Shown: positions 10,201-18,459 of the stretch, piece by piece
Layout: every line of letters begins with the position of its first letter
Numbering within the stretch: the first letter of the stretch is position 1
From: Gemmatimonadota bacterium
GTDB taxonomy: Bacteria; 4572-55; J002
Assembly (NCBI GenBank): GCA_003697105.1
Contig: RFFQ01000102.1
Coordinates: 1 to 50,755, forward strand
Length of the DNA: 50,755 nucleotides
Direction: 5' to 3'
Position numbers and translations under genes: made by a program
Notes under the pieces: model-generated
Database searches by the model: none
Seen by the model: the letters and a program-made list of their open reading frames with translations, nothing else
Told to the model about the DNA's origin: nothing

Positions 10201-12635
10201 CACGGATCACCATCACCACACCCCCAATTGTAGATCGACATTTCGTAATCACTAAAGAAGCCGTTGGTATCCCATGCTCGTACCAGCAGGTAGTGTGTCC
10301 CGGGCGGTACCGGCGGGTCAAGATAGCCCGGTTCCCCCGGATTGGCGTAGAAATCAACGATCCCATCCCCAAAAATCAGGAAACGGCTGGCACTTTTGAC
10401 TCCAATTTCCCCACCGAAATTGTAATCACCGGTTTCATAAACGGTGGTTTGGGTATCATAATGGACCCATTCCCCCGCATTATCATAATCGATGAAGAAC
10501 TGGACACTATCGATACCGCGATCATCCCATACCCACGCATCATAGATGAACGTGCTGTTACAATTGACTTCATCCCCGTAACTGGGAGAGTCAATTTCAA
10601 CCACAGGGGGTGTATTCCCTGCCGTGACATTTAGGATGCAGCGCTGCTGCCATCTACAGCCGGTTTTATCTTGTACCTCAAACCAGAAGGTATAAGGGCC
10701 CTCCGCCATGCCGATAAAATTCATTGGGACATCCGGTTTGCTGGTATTGCTTTCATTCATGCGGAAATGAATTTGTTCTTCTCCATTGCGCATGACCACA
10801 TCACTGCTACTGTAACTATCCCAATACCCATTAAGGGTCGGATCATCGGAGATATTACCCAGGCGGGCGCTCCACGGCAGGTTTGTTCCTTCCGGGTAGG
10901 CGCCTTGATAAATACGGAAGTACCCGTTATTCATAATAGGTGAGCCGTTGGGGTGCGGGGTAACATAAGCGTGCCAGGTAATCGCTTCGTCAGAACTGAA
11001 TTCCGCGGTTTGTCCATCTTCACACCCTAAGTTGGGTGAACCTCCGGTAAAGACAAATTCGATGGTGGGGCGAAGTTGTTCGCATTCAAAATTGCGGATG
11101 GTGACCTCGATTTCTTCTTCTGCCACATGATTGGCATATTCAACATCATACTCTCCGCTTTCGGGGTCGCTGTGTTTATTGTAACTGATGGCACGCAGGT
11201 AGTAAACATCGTCCACATATTGGGTGGTGTTGAAGGGAATTTGCAAATAACAATCTTGTGCCGTAATATTGCCCCCAAAATCTGCCGCGTAGATGGTGGT
11301 CAGCAGGGTATCTACCCCATTTCCGTTTTTGGATTCCAGGTAGAGTTCCACTTTAGTGATGCCGGCGAGTTCTTTTTTAAGGGTAATTTGGATGCTATCT
11401 TCACCGGCAATTTCCTGGTTGTCCACCGGATAGACCAAATCCACATTGGGCCAATTGTCCACATAGATGGTGTGGATGGGTGACGTGGATGTTTTACCAC
11501 CGGTTTCATAGGCTTTTGCCTGAATGACCATCGGTGTATTCAAGGGAGCATCTTTGTCGAGCGGTAGGGTGTTGATGGTGCCCTCAAACGGAGCGCCGGT
11601 ATCCGTTTCATGCAGGTTCAGCTCAAACATACTCGCCCCCATATAGAGTTCTATTTTTTCAATAGAACACTGATTACAGGGTCCGGGGATACTGGCGGAA
11701 GCCGCCCATTCGGCAATCCCGTGTAATCGATTGACCCCGCCCGGATCATGGGCGGGATAGGCAATTGACACAATGGGACTGTAGGGGCAAAGGGTGCAAT
11801 TGTCACAGTCTGCCGGCCGGTTCGGATCGCCTTCAGGATACGCTAAACAGGGATCGACGTCCTGATCGTCCGGGCGGATGACTTCATTAGCGACAAAGTA
11901 CCCGTAACTTCGGGGACGGATGCTCTGTTGGACGGCAAATTTAGCACTGCCTTCCGTGATGAGAAATGCCAAGTCCACCCGACGAATATTTTGTAGATGC
12001 CAACCAGTTATCGGCATTCCCGGATAATTTTCGGTATATTCAATGAGGGAATCGGGATTGGAGGGGTCTGCGGGTCCAAAATAGCGCAGTTTGAAGCCTT
12101 TCACCCCAGAGACAATTGGTGCCGGTTGGGGGAAGATGCGGGCACCGCTGCTATCCACCGCCATATCTTCGCGGTATAAAGTAAAGGTGCTATCTTCGGT
12201 CATGTCGGCAATAAAATACCGGATGTGTTCACCGGGGTCATTCACATCGCTATCCCCGTAAAGCGGCCGGTCATCGGCATCGACGTTCCGGTAGCGTCTG
12301 GCATTTTCCGCTTCTACCGGGTCTAAGACACCATTGCCATTGAGGTCTTCGGAGTTAAAATCCCCCACAAACTCAATGGTGTCTTGCGACGCAATTTTGA
12401 AGGTCGCATCAAACGCATTGAAAGGGTCGCTCCCTGCTTGGCGCATATCTTCGGTGATCAAGTCTAACACGGCACGTCCATTTTGCTGGACTTCAATTGC
12501 TCGTTGACCCCGGTCGTAAGTGTCCCGGCTGTGGATGTTCATCATGATGAGTGTTCCCACAATCAAGCTGAAGATAACGATGGCGATCATCACTTCTGCC
12601 AGTGTGAAACCGTGTCTGTTGAGTTGGAATCTCAT
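7239..12635 (-). CDS. Giant (1798 aa) modular PilW-like minor pilin with about 5 Ig-like and 3 ConA/DUF1080-like modules
   Basis: RHG|FTLAEVMIA prepilin motif; PilW-type QQNGRAVLDLITEDMRQAG and IRRVDL; Big_7-like units (PVVEIDSP...IDSVQFFID...GTHYLLVRAWD); lectin-like units (DDF...GLIF...WYWVK...AKWW...EPGSW...DDFVI). SD AGGAGG. Confidence 0.85.
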   Translation of the reverse strand: MRFQLNRHGFTLAEVMIAIVIFSLIVGTLIMMNIHSRDTYDRGQRAIEVQQNGRAVLDLITEDMRQAGSDPFNAFDATFKIASQDTIEFVGDFNSEDLNGNGVLDPVEAENARRYRNVDADDRPLYGDSDVNDPGEHIRYFIADMTEDSTFTLYREDMAVDSSGARIFPQPAPIVSGVKGFKLRYFGPADPSNPDSLIEYTENYPGMPITGWHLQNIRRVDLAFLITEGSAKFAVQQSIRPRSYGYFVANEVIRPDDQDVDPCLAYPEGDPNRPADCDNCTLCPYSPIVSIAYPAHDPGGVNRLHGIAEWAASASIPGPCNQCSIEKIELYMGASMFELNLHETDTGAPFEGTINTLPLDKDAPLNTPMVIQAKAYETGGKTSTSPIHTIYVDNWPNVDLVYPVDNQEIAGEDSIQITLKKELAGITKVELYLESKNGNGVDTLLTTIYAADFGGNITAQDCYLQIPFNTTQYVDDVYYLRAISYNKHSDPESGEYDVEYANHVAEEEIEVTIRNFECEQLRPTIEFVFTGGSPNLGCEDGQTAEFSSDEAITWHAYVTPHPNGSPIMNNGYFRIYQGAYPEGTNLPWSARLGNISDDPTLNGYWDSYSSSDVVMRNGEEQIHFRMNESNTSKPDVPMNFIGMAEGPYTFWFEVQDKTGCRWQQRCILNVTAGNTPPVVEIDSPSYGDEVNCNSTFIYDAWVWDDRGIDSVQFFIDYDNAGEWVHYDTQTTVYETGDYNFGGEIGVKSASRFLIFGDGIVDFYANPGEPGYLDPPVPPGTHYLLVRAWDTNGFFSDYEMSIYNWGCGDGDPCEGATWSELNVAEENIIVADNFTDRQESFWQYPRSSDWRDLSSSSRWDVKGVPATGPTNVACNDAFCNNRVYYYNGSMWNDERRAVKDEEKYQTDYNDDYIVIARLKGDPDKDYSGSIHQMGLIARLQNRDNYIAVVVRRQNKTSYTLDLLVEYQNEETYHTLETLNWMDPDGSFNGEQGNPYDPENPTPSTVSEYFNWWRMAIRVLDDNIYVWFPGDDSGTPPADRNSWDHHITWDDIASWRSGQAWAPDALLWGAAGIYAGEDGCADDFFVYRAPCVPATVEITSPESYPNHAPIIGGSEGTSTPINVNLSGTSYVSEVEFIFSIDEDGDGNPDTYTMAFDGTPNGVETLTYNWPPATCGGFVTIEVRAYNPEGCFAADTVQVLVEGTSAPQFQICDNPLFVDDFNQGYITSAWATNDDWQYYSKPECSNGGGWRVETDPYDNCNGYFHARSGCGGGGVGAAWVPSVVGDEYYIKARIQFPEESSYKGLIFGYEDENNFWRLVFESNYAQIRGRVNGSWTNANNQNESGDRYRQDFVPVNGEWYWVKYKVTRTEKNGIPVQRHQAKWWREGLGEPGSWILETYDDRILTGSPGIYAAASGSDPNRGYILVDDFVICPASYEDDGGAIPTEKDMWCTPYIYHDDFTSGSTPLGFTESNDSWWSTNPADSTYYSNRYSGSNDIYTFSTPLTSDGYEIRTMMRITNSPNSRSDLPKDGVGIIFRYNDYTNYDFNSLLFTKDKMFLMSEDTFSGTLGSSDWNVGLANMADMPDESLLNTWYFIKLRVQGERLYAKAWEEGVAEPGWMIVVGDTMNIDASIIGLKNGDRSKVQFKNFWVCPVPRDENCTDQISYTDLSPGSSYPMPYYTANMLTGSSIYIDDFNYRVTSMPASVRDGLWIKTANSDANVHWNTTLIEFTADRNITVIVAKPQDANTPSWLSNWNLLPDELGVSGDVYYLFANDYNMGELVELPGLKDNQSNNYVAIITCR

Positions 12636-12687
12636 GAAAATAACCTCCTGATAAGGTCGTTATACTCGGATACTTATGATTTCTTTA

Positions 12688-13278
12688 TTATGTCCCTAAT
12701 TTATAAGGGGTTCGTACTGTATTTAGTCGGTATTCCTGCATCTGGGAGCGTCCTCGCCATTCCACAATGACTTCGATGTACATAGGGGGTACGGGACCAT
12801 CACCGGGGCAGGGTCCTAACGGGTCAACGTGCCCAATGCTTTCATCCACATGCGCGGGCAGTGCATTGCGGCTAATTGAAAGTGTTTGCAAATTATCCGG
12901 ATTTCCCGGCGGAGAGTGACAGACGACCACTTTTTGCCCATTATTTTGAAAGAGTTCGCTTTCAATGACCCACCGGCGAACAAACGGCGCGGGTTCGGTT
13001 TGCGGGTCGCCGTCCACATCGATATAAACGGTATCGGCATGTTCTCCATGGTCTAAGATGCAGTCATTCCGGATGAAACACTTTCCGTCTAAGGGTTCGG
13101 TTTTTAATTTTTCCATCAGGTCTCGTGCGAGATAGACGGCACGGCTCTTCCGAGCGGCGTAATTAATTTCGCTGTAGCTCTCCGGGAACAGTTGGAAAAT
13201 AGCAAGCAAGCCAAAAGCGAGGATCGCCGCCGCAATAATTACTTCAACTAGATTGAATCCGAATTCATTTCGTCGCAT
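12688..13278 (-). CDS. PilV-like minor pilin
   Basis: EFG|FNLVEVIIAAAILAFGLLAI with Glu5; AVYLARDLMEKLK; FVRRW and IEVIVEW strands. Confidence 0.85.
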   Translation of the reverse strand: MRRNEFGFNLVEVIIAAAILAFGLLAIFQLFPESYSEINYAARKSRAVYLARDLMEKLKTEPLDGKCFIRNDCILDHGEHADTVYIDVDGDPQTEPAPFVRRWVIESELFQNNGQKVVVCHSPPGNPDNLQTLSISRNALPAHVDESIGHVDPLGPCPGDGPVPPMYIEVIVEWRGRSQMQEYRLNTVRTPYKLGT

Positions 13279-13316
13279 GGTTTATCTCCTTACTTAATGG
13301 TTTATCTCCTTACTTA
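13277..13316. repeat. Perfect 20-bp tandem duplication containing the pilV Shine-Dalgarno
   Basis: ATGGTTTATCTCCTTACTTA x2 (13277-13296, 13297-13316). Confidence 0.9.
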
Positions 13317-13332
13317 AAGGGGTGTCTCGTAG

Positions 13333-13929
13333 TTATTCTTGGGTTTGAAGGCGGGTAATCTCTTTATTTTTGACAAAACCGCCAATGCTGACCTCAATAT
13401 CAGCGGTATAGCGGTTGCTTTTATGTTGTAACTGAATTCGTGCCGGAAAGCCGTTACGCAGATTATCAATTTTCACGGTACCTTTGGGTTCAAAAATCAC
13501 GTAATATTCTGTAGAATCACTAAATACAATATGCTGTGGTAGAAAGATCATGGCGTCTTCTACGGTCGCGTTACCACTTCGTTCAATGATTTGGTCGGAT
13601 CGCTCGGTACGGACAAAATTATTAATGGTTTGCCACCGCCCCGAACTTAAAATCGGAGCACCATCTCCGCCAAAACAACCTCGCCGGCAGGTGCGCACCA
13701 GATAGGCATTGCTGAAATTAGAGAAATCCAGCATATAAAACCGGCGGGTTCGTGTTGCTTCCTCCCGCGCGAGTCGTAAATGGCTTGACACCTGCATTTG
13801 GGCGGATTCGATACCAGCACGCTGAACCCGGCTCACCAGCATGTAAACTGATGAGGAAGCAATCAGCCCGATAATAACCGCCACGAGCGATAATTCCAGC
13901 AGAGTAAAGCCTTTGGATGTTCGGATCAT
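13333..13929 (-). CDS. FimT/FimU (GspH-like) minor pilin
   Basis: Start at ATG 13929 (SD GGAGG); SKG|FTLLELSLV; LRLAREEA; IFEPKG and VSIGGFVK resemble FimT/GspH C-terminal motifs. Confidence 0.8.
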   Translation of the reverse strand: MIRTSKGFTLLELSLVAVIIGLIASSSVYMLVSRVQRAGIESAQMQVSSHLRLAREEATRTRRFYMLDFSNFSNAYLVRTCRRGCFGGDGAPILSSGRWQTINNFVRTERSDQIIERSGNATVEDAMIFLPQHIVFSDSTEYYVIFEPKGTVKIDNLRNGFPARIQLQHKSNRYTADIEVSIGGFVKNKEITRLQTQE

Positions 13930-13978
13930 GGGACCTCCTAATGTATTACAGGTTAAAACAATCGTTTGGCTCCCTCTA

Positions 13979-13994
13979 CGCAATGTGCGTGCCC
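13979..13994 (-). promoter_or_regulatory. Sigma54 (-24/-12) promoter of the minor-pilin operon
   Basis: Minus strand GGGCACGCACATTGCG matches the consensus TGGCACG-N4-TTGC in all but the first base, 50 nt upstream of ATG 13929. Confidence 0.8.
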
Positions 13995-14023
13995 TTCCGT
14001 AATTATGTTTATAACGTATTATT

Positions 14024-14036
14024 TATCAAATGGTTA
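14024..14036 (+). promoter_or_regulatory. IHF binding site
   Basis: TATCAAATGGTTA is an exact WATCAANNNNTTR match in AT-rich DNA, 30-42 bp upstream of the sigma54 -24 element. Confidence 0.6.
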
Positions 14037-14150
14037 TCGGATTTTATTCTGGAAGACCTTAAAGCAACATAACGCTGGTAGTTTAGTTGCTTTACTGTTA
14101 ATAACTTGCTGAAAATAAAGTTGTTATCGTTAAACACTGCAGAATAAGTT

Positions 14151-14195
14151 ATTATGTAATACACTTCCCTAGGGGTGGGAAACCGGTTACATAAT
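14151..14195. promoter_or_regulatory. Dyad-symmetric candidate upstream activator sequence (bEBP enhancer)
   Basis: ATTATGTAA-tacac-TTCCC-N7-GGGAA-accgg-TTACATAAT, about 160-200 bp upstream of the sigma54 promoter. Confidence 0.55.
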
Positions 14196-14300
14196 TCGGC
14201 GGTTGTGGGTACCGCATCGATTTTCTATTGATTCCCATCTGAAAAACCATTAACGTGGGGGGAATTCGCTCTTCATGAGTTTTGTTACCCGGATGAAACG

Positions 14301-16577
14301 ATGCGCAAAAAAATTGTGGTTGTTTGGTTATGTCTTTTTGGTCTGATGGGTACTCGCCCAGTACCGGCGGTGGAAGACCTTCCGGTGGGTGCCCGGGCTA
14401 TCGGCTTGGGCGAAGCGTTTGTTGCGTTAGCCGATGATGCCAATGGCATTCAGTGGAATCCCGCCAGTAGCGCCACGCTGAACCGGTATGAACTTACCAC
14501 TACTTACACCGATTTGTATGGGCTAGGGTTACCCCACATTTACCTTTCGGGAGTGTTACCGTTAGGACAACGGTTGGCGCTGGGGCTGGATTGGTCTCAT
14601 TTAGGCTACGAAGACAAGGCACTTTTTTTTGGTGAGGATATTCTGAGTGTTAATTTTGCTTACCGAAAGTGGGAGTGGTGGAGTCTTGGGTTAAATGTAC
14701 GCTGGTTGCAACGGACAATTGATAGTCAGGAGCGATTGAGCGGTACAGGATGGGGCTTTGATGCCGGACTCCTAATTCGTCCCTCGCCCGCGTTCCAGAT
14801 GGGCTTGACGGTAAAAAATATTGGCGGTACGCGGCTAACCTATAATACCGGCGCCACCGAGGTGACCCTCTCGCAGAACCTCAAAGGCGGTATCGCCGTT
14901 TTCCCCCATGTGGACTGGATCGTCTCCGCAGAAGTTGATGACCGCTATCATGTGGGGGTCGAATACCGGTTGCATCCCCTCCTGAGTGTGCGGGGGGGCA
15001 TCCAAAAACAGATTGATGTGGATCAAGATTGGATTTTCTCGCTGGGTATCGGTTTGCGGCAAGCCCCGTTAACATTTGACTATGCCTATCGGCGCGACCC
15101 CAATTTAAATGACACCCACCTGTTTAGTGTGACCACCTTTTTCGACCGCTACCAGTCACCGCTGGCAATTTCAGTACATCTTGATGATATTTTTCCGGTA
15201 AATTATAAGCGTTATATTCACCACCCTGTGGGCTATGCTCAGGTGCAAAATCGTTCCACTCGACCGGTCATTTTGCGGAAAATCAGGCTGAAGATTAACG
15301 GCGTATCCCTTGATTATGCCGATACCCCTTTGAGCCAAATCCTCGCTCCGGGAGAACAAACCGATTTACCACTGAATGCCCTTTTTTCCACTGCCTTACT
15401 CAATATGACGGAAGAACAGATCGCCCGTGCCCAACTGGAACTGGTTTATAAGGATTCTAAACCCCGCCGGATGACAACCCGTGAAAACGTGCTGATCCAC
15501 ACCAATCGCGCTATTGTGTGGGATGATGTGCGGAAGGTTGTGGCGTTTGTGGTGCCGCAATCCCCGGTAGTTGCCCAATTTACCCGCACCGTGCTGGATC
15601 AGAGTATCAACGTGCCAGCGTACCTCCCGGAAAATCTGTTTCATACCATGCGGGTTTTTGATGCCATGTCCGCACAGCATCTCCGGTATACCCTGGACCC
15701 CAATTATCCCGAGGTGTACCATCGGGATATTGTCGATGTGGTTCAACGCCCGGCGGAAACTCTATGTACCCAAAGCGGGGATTGTGATGATTTGGTCGTA
15801 TTGATGGCATCTTGTCTGGAAAATATCGGGGTGGCAACGGCTATTGTGGATGTGCCGGGGCATTTGTTTTTATTGGTTGATCTAAACCGCGATCTGGATG
15901 ACCCCTTTATTTCCGCGTATGAACGCCAATTTTTGGTGGAATATCGGGACCGGTTCTGGTTACCGGTCGAAACCACCGACGTGGGTCGTTCCTTTATCGA
16001 CGCATGGCAAAATGGGTATCAGCAGTACCAGCATTTTATCACTGAAGGCACTCTGGGTATTTATCCAACTGCCGAAGCGTGGGAAGCGTATCCACCAACC
16101 ACGCTTTCCGGCGAATCATGTCTGATCCAGCCCCGAGCTCCCCTATTTCTTGGCGAGGATTTAGACCGGTTACGTCGTGAAAAAATCAAGGCGGTGCGAG
16201 AAGCCTATTACCTCAACCGGAAATCGCCGGAAATCTCTATCACGCAACGGTTACGGTGGGGGATCGGTCTGGCAGAAAGTGGCTTGTATGATGAGGCAGA
16301 AGCCGAATTTTTGGCGGTGATCTCCCTAGATTCAACCAACACGCGGGCTTACAGTAACTTAGGGGTTATTTATTCCCTAACAGGACAAATGGAAAAGGCG
16401 AAAGAGACGTTGCAAAAGGCGCTGGAATTGAATCAAACCGATGCGGAAATCTGGATCAATTTAGCCTTGGTCTATTATGAATTACACCAGTGGGAAAACG
16501 CACGCCAAGCCTATCGGCAAGCCATTGCGCTCCAACCCGAATTCAAAACGGTTTATCATTTTCTGGAGCAACCGTAA
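14301..16577 (+). CDS. PorV/UPF0164-like outer-membrane barrel fused to transglutaminase-like and TPR domains
   Basis: Signal peptide; GARAIGLGEAFVALADDANGIQWNPA; amphipathic strands ending FDYAY...THLFSV; transglutaminase-like motifs GDCDD, PGHLFL, PVETT; about 3 C-terminal TPRs (AYSNLGVIY, IWINLALVY). Confidence 0.75.
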   Translation: MRKKIVVVWLCLFGLMGTRPVPAVEDLPVGARAIGLGEAFVALADDANGIQWNPASSATLNRYELTTTYTDLYGLGLPHIYLSGVLPLGQRLALGLDWSHLGYEDKALFFGEDILSVNFAYRKWEWWSLGLNVRWLQRTIDSQERLSGTGWGFDAGLLIRPSPAFQMGLTVKNIGGTRLTYNTGATEVTLSQNLKGGIAVFPHVDWIVSAEVDDRYHVGVEYRLHPLLSVRGGIQKQIDVDQDWIFSLGIGLRQAPLTFDYAYRRDPNLNDTHLFSVTTFFDRYQSPLAISVHLDDIFPVNYKRYIHHPVGYAQVQNRSTRPVILRKIRLKINGVSLDYADTPLSQILAPGEQTDLPLNALFSTALLNMTEEQIARAQLELVYKDSKPRRMTTRENVLIHTNRAIVWDDVRKVVAFVVPQSPVVAQFTRTVLDQSINVPAYLPENLFHTMRVFDAMSAQHLRYTLDPNYPEVYHRDIVDVVQRPAETLCTQSGDCDDLVVLMASCLENIGVATAIVDVPGHLFLLVDLNRDLDDPFISAYERQFLVEYRDRFWLPVETTDVGRSFIDAWQNGYQQYQHFITEGTLGIYPTAEAWEAYPPTTLSGESCLIQPRAPLFLGEDLDRLRREKIKAVREAYYLNRKSPEISITQRLRWGIGLAESGLYDEAEAEFLAVISLDSTNTRAYSNLGVIYSLTGQMEKAKETLQKALELNQTDAEIWINLALVYYELHQWENARQAYRQAIALQPEFKTVYHFLEQP

Positions 16578-16598
16578 ATCCGGCGGTGTAAATCGCGG

Positions 16599-16627
16599 TT
16601 GACAGGTTTTTCATGTTGATGTATTAT
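16599..16627 (+). promoter_or_regulatory. Sigma70 promoter
   Basis: TTGACA (16599-16604), 17 nt spacer, TATTAT (16622-16627), 50 nt upstream of ATG 16677. Confidence 0.7.
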
Positions 16628-16676
16628 GTGAAAAATCGTTTCGGTTCGTTACTTTTCGCAAATTGAGGCTAAGCTT

Positions 16677-17978
16677 ATGTCTTCAGGCACAAATTACCGG
16701 GTGTTGGTCGCGGATGATGACCCAAACGTTCGTAATGATATTCTCCAGCGGTTGCTCCTCGATAACTATGAGGTTGATGCGGTGGATTCTGGGATTATCG
16801 CTATGGATTATATGAATTCCCGTGAATATGATCTGGCATTTTTCAGTGTGAATCTATTTGATATGAACGGGCTGGTGTTGACCCAAATTGCGCGGGAAAA
16901 TGGTAAGGATTTTCGGATTATCATCATCAGTGACCGGGAAAATCTGGAAACCGCCATCGATGCCAAGAGTATGGGCGCCAATGATTTTATTATTCAACCG
17001 TTTGAAGACCTTAAAGATATTAATGCCGTTGCCTACCGTGCGCTGGAAAATAAGCGCCTAGAAGAAGAGAAAGAACGGCTATTTCGCCAACTCCAACAGT
17101 CTAACCGGGAATTAGCCGCGGCGAAACAAGAGATTGAAGCTTGGAGTCACGAGTTGGAACGAAAAGTCCAAGAGCGAACGTATGAACTGGAACAATCACG
17201 CCGGCAAATCCAAAAATATGCCGAAGAATTGAAACGCAGTAATGAAGAATTAAAGCAACTCGATGCGATGAAGACCGACTTTCTGGCAAATATCAGCCAT
17301 GAATTGAAAACCCCACTGACCGCTATTTTGGGTTACAGCGAAATTTTTATGATGGGGGATGAAAATAACATCTCACCCCAATTCAAAGAATTTGCCTCGA
17401 TGATCAATGATAGCGGTAAACAACTTTTGACCCTGATTACCGACATCCTCTCCTTCTCGGAAATTGAACGGGGTGTGATGGAACTGAACTTACAACCGGT
17501 GCATATCCATGAGATTATTGAGCCAGCGGTTGATGAGATTCAAGATAAAGCAGATCAGAAGCAGATCCACCTGCATTTTGAACGCCATGATGAATATCCG
17601 GCGGTCAATGCGGACCCCGCTAAATCAAAACTTGCCTTGCTTAAATTGCTGGACAATGCTGTCAAATTCACGCCAGAGGGGGGTTCGGTGACAATCCGTA
17701 CCGAAATCAAAGGTAATTTTTTATGGACTCATGTTCGAGATACCGGTATTGGTATCCCCGCCGACCAATTTGATGTCATCTTTCAGCGGATGCGGCAAGG
17801 GGATGGCTCTTCCACCCGGGAATATGGCGGGTTGGGGGTGGGTCTCTCTATGGCGAAAGAACTCATCGAACTGCATAATGGCAGCATCACCGTTGAAAGT
17901 GAGGTTGGTCGCGGAAGTTGTTTTTCGTTCAGCTTGCCGTTAGTTGATCCTACTTCAGACGATTACGGTTTTAATTGA
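16677..17978 (+). CDS. Cytoplasmic histidine kinase with degenerate N-terminal receiver and coiled coil
   Basis: REC fold (VLVADDD) but DLAFFSVNL and FIIQPF; H-box SHELKTPL; DNAVKFT; DTGIGI; GGLGVGL. Confidence 0.9.
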   Translation: MSSGTNYRVLVADDDPNVRNDILQRLLLDNYEVDAVDSGIIAMDYMNSREYDLAFFSVNLFDMNGLVLTQIARENGKDFRIIIISDRENLETAIDAKSMGANDFIIQPFEDLKDINAVAYRALENKRLEEEKERLFRQLQQSNRELAAAKQEIEAWSHELERKVQERTYELEQSRRQIQKYAEELKRSNEELKQLDAMKTDFLANISHELKTPLTAILGYSEIFMMGDENNISPQFKEFASMINDSGKQLLTLITDILSFSEIERGVMELNLQPVHIHEIIEPAVDEIQDKADQKQIHLHFERHDEYPAVNADPAKSKLALLKLLDNAVKFTPEGGSVTIRTEIKGNFLWTHVRDTGIGIPADQFDVIFQRMRQGDGSSTREYGGLGVGLSMAKELIELHNGSITVESEVGRGSCFSFSLPLVDPTSDDYGFN

Positions 17979-17979
17979 T

Positions 17980-18438
17980 ATGCAACGCGCATGGGGCGTT
18001 ATCATTTTCGCCAGCTTGATGGGTCTAGGGCTTATTCAGTGTAAAGGATCCGGGTTGAAACCCTGTCAGGTGGAGATCATCCGTACCGAGGTCAATCCCC
18101 TCAGTGAAAATGATGTATTTGTCATTGTGTATGTTGCCGTGACCAATCCCAACCCCAAAGTGTTGCGTCTGACCTCCATTACCACAGACTTAATTGTTTC
18201 CCGTAAAAAAGTTGGTTCCAGCCATATTTCCGAGCCGTTACAACTTTCCCCGAATATCCCCACTCGTTTGACGATTTCGTTTTTTATCTCCTACACCGGT
18301 CTTCATGAAGACCCGGCGTTTACCCTTCGCCATCATAACGGAAATCTACCCTGCCAGTTAGAGGGTGAAGTCACCGTGAATGATGCCGGAGGAAGTGTTA
18401 CGTTTCCCTTTCGATCCAATGAGTTTGGTTCACCGTAA
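17980..18438 (+). CDS. LEA type 2 / WHy-domain protein, probable lipoprotein
   Basis: Start at ATG 17980; hydrophobic N-terminus ending LIQC; VTNPN motif. Confidence 0.7.
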   Translation: MQRAWGVIIFASLMGLGLIQCKGSGLKPCQVEIIRTEVNPLSENDVFVIVYVAVTNPNPKVLRLTSITTDLIVSRKKVGSSHISEPLQLSPNIPTRLTISFFISYTGLHEDPAFTLRHHNGNLPCQLEGEVTVNDAGGSVTFPFRSNEFGSP

Positions 18439-18459
18439 CCCCCAATAAGTTGTGTACCA

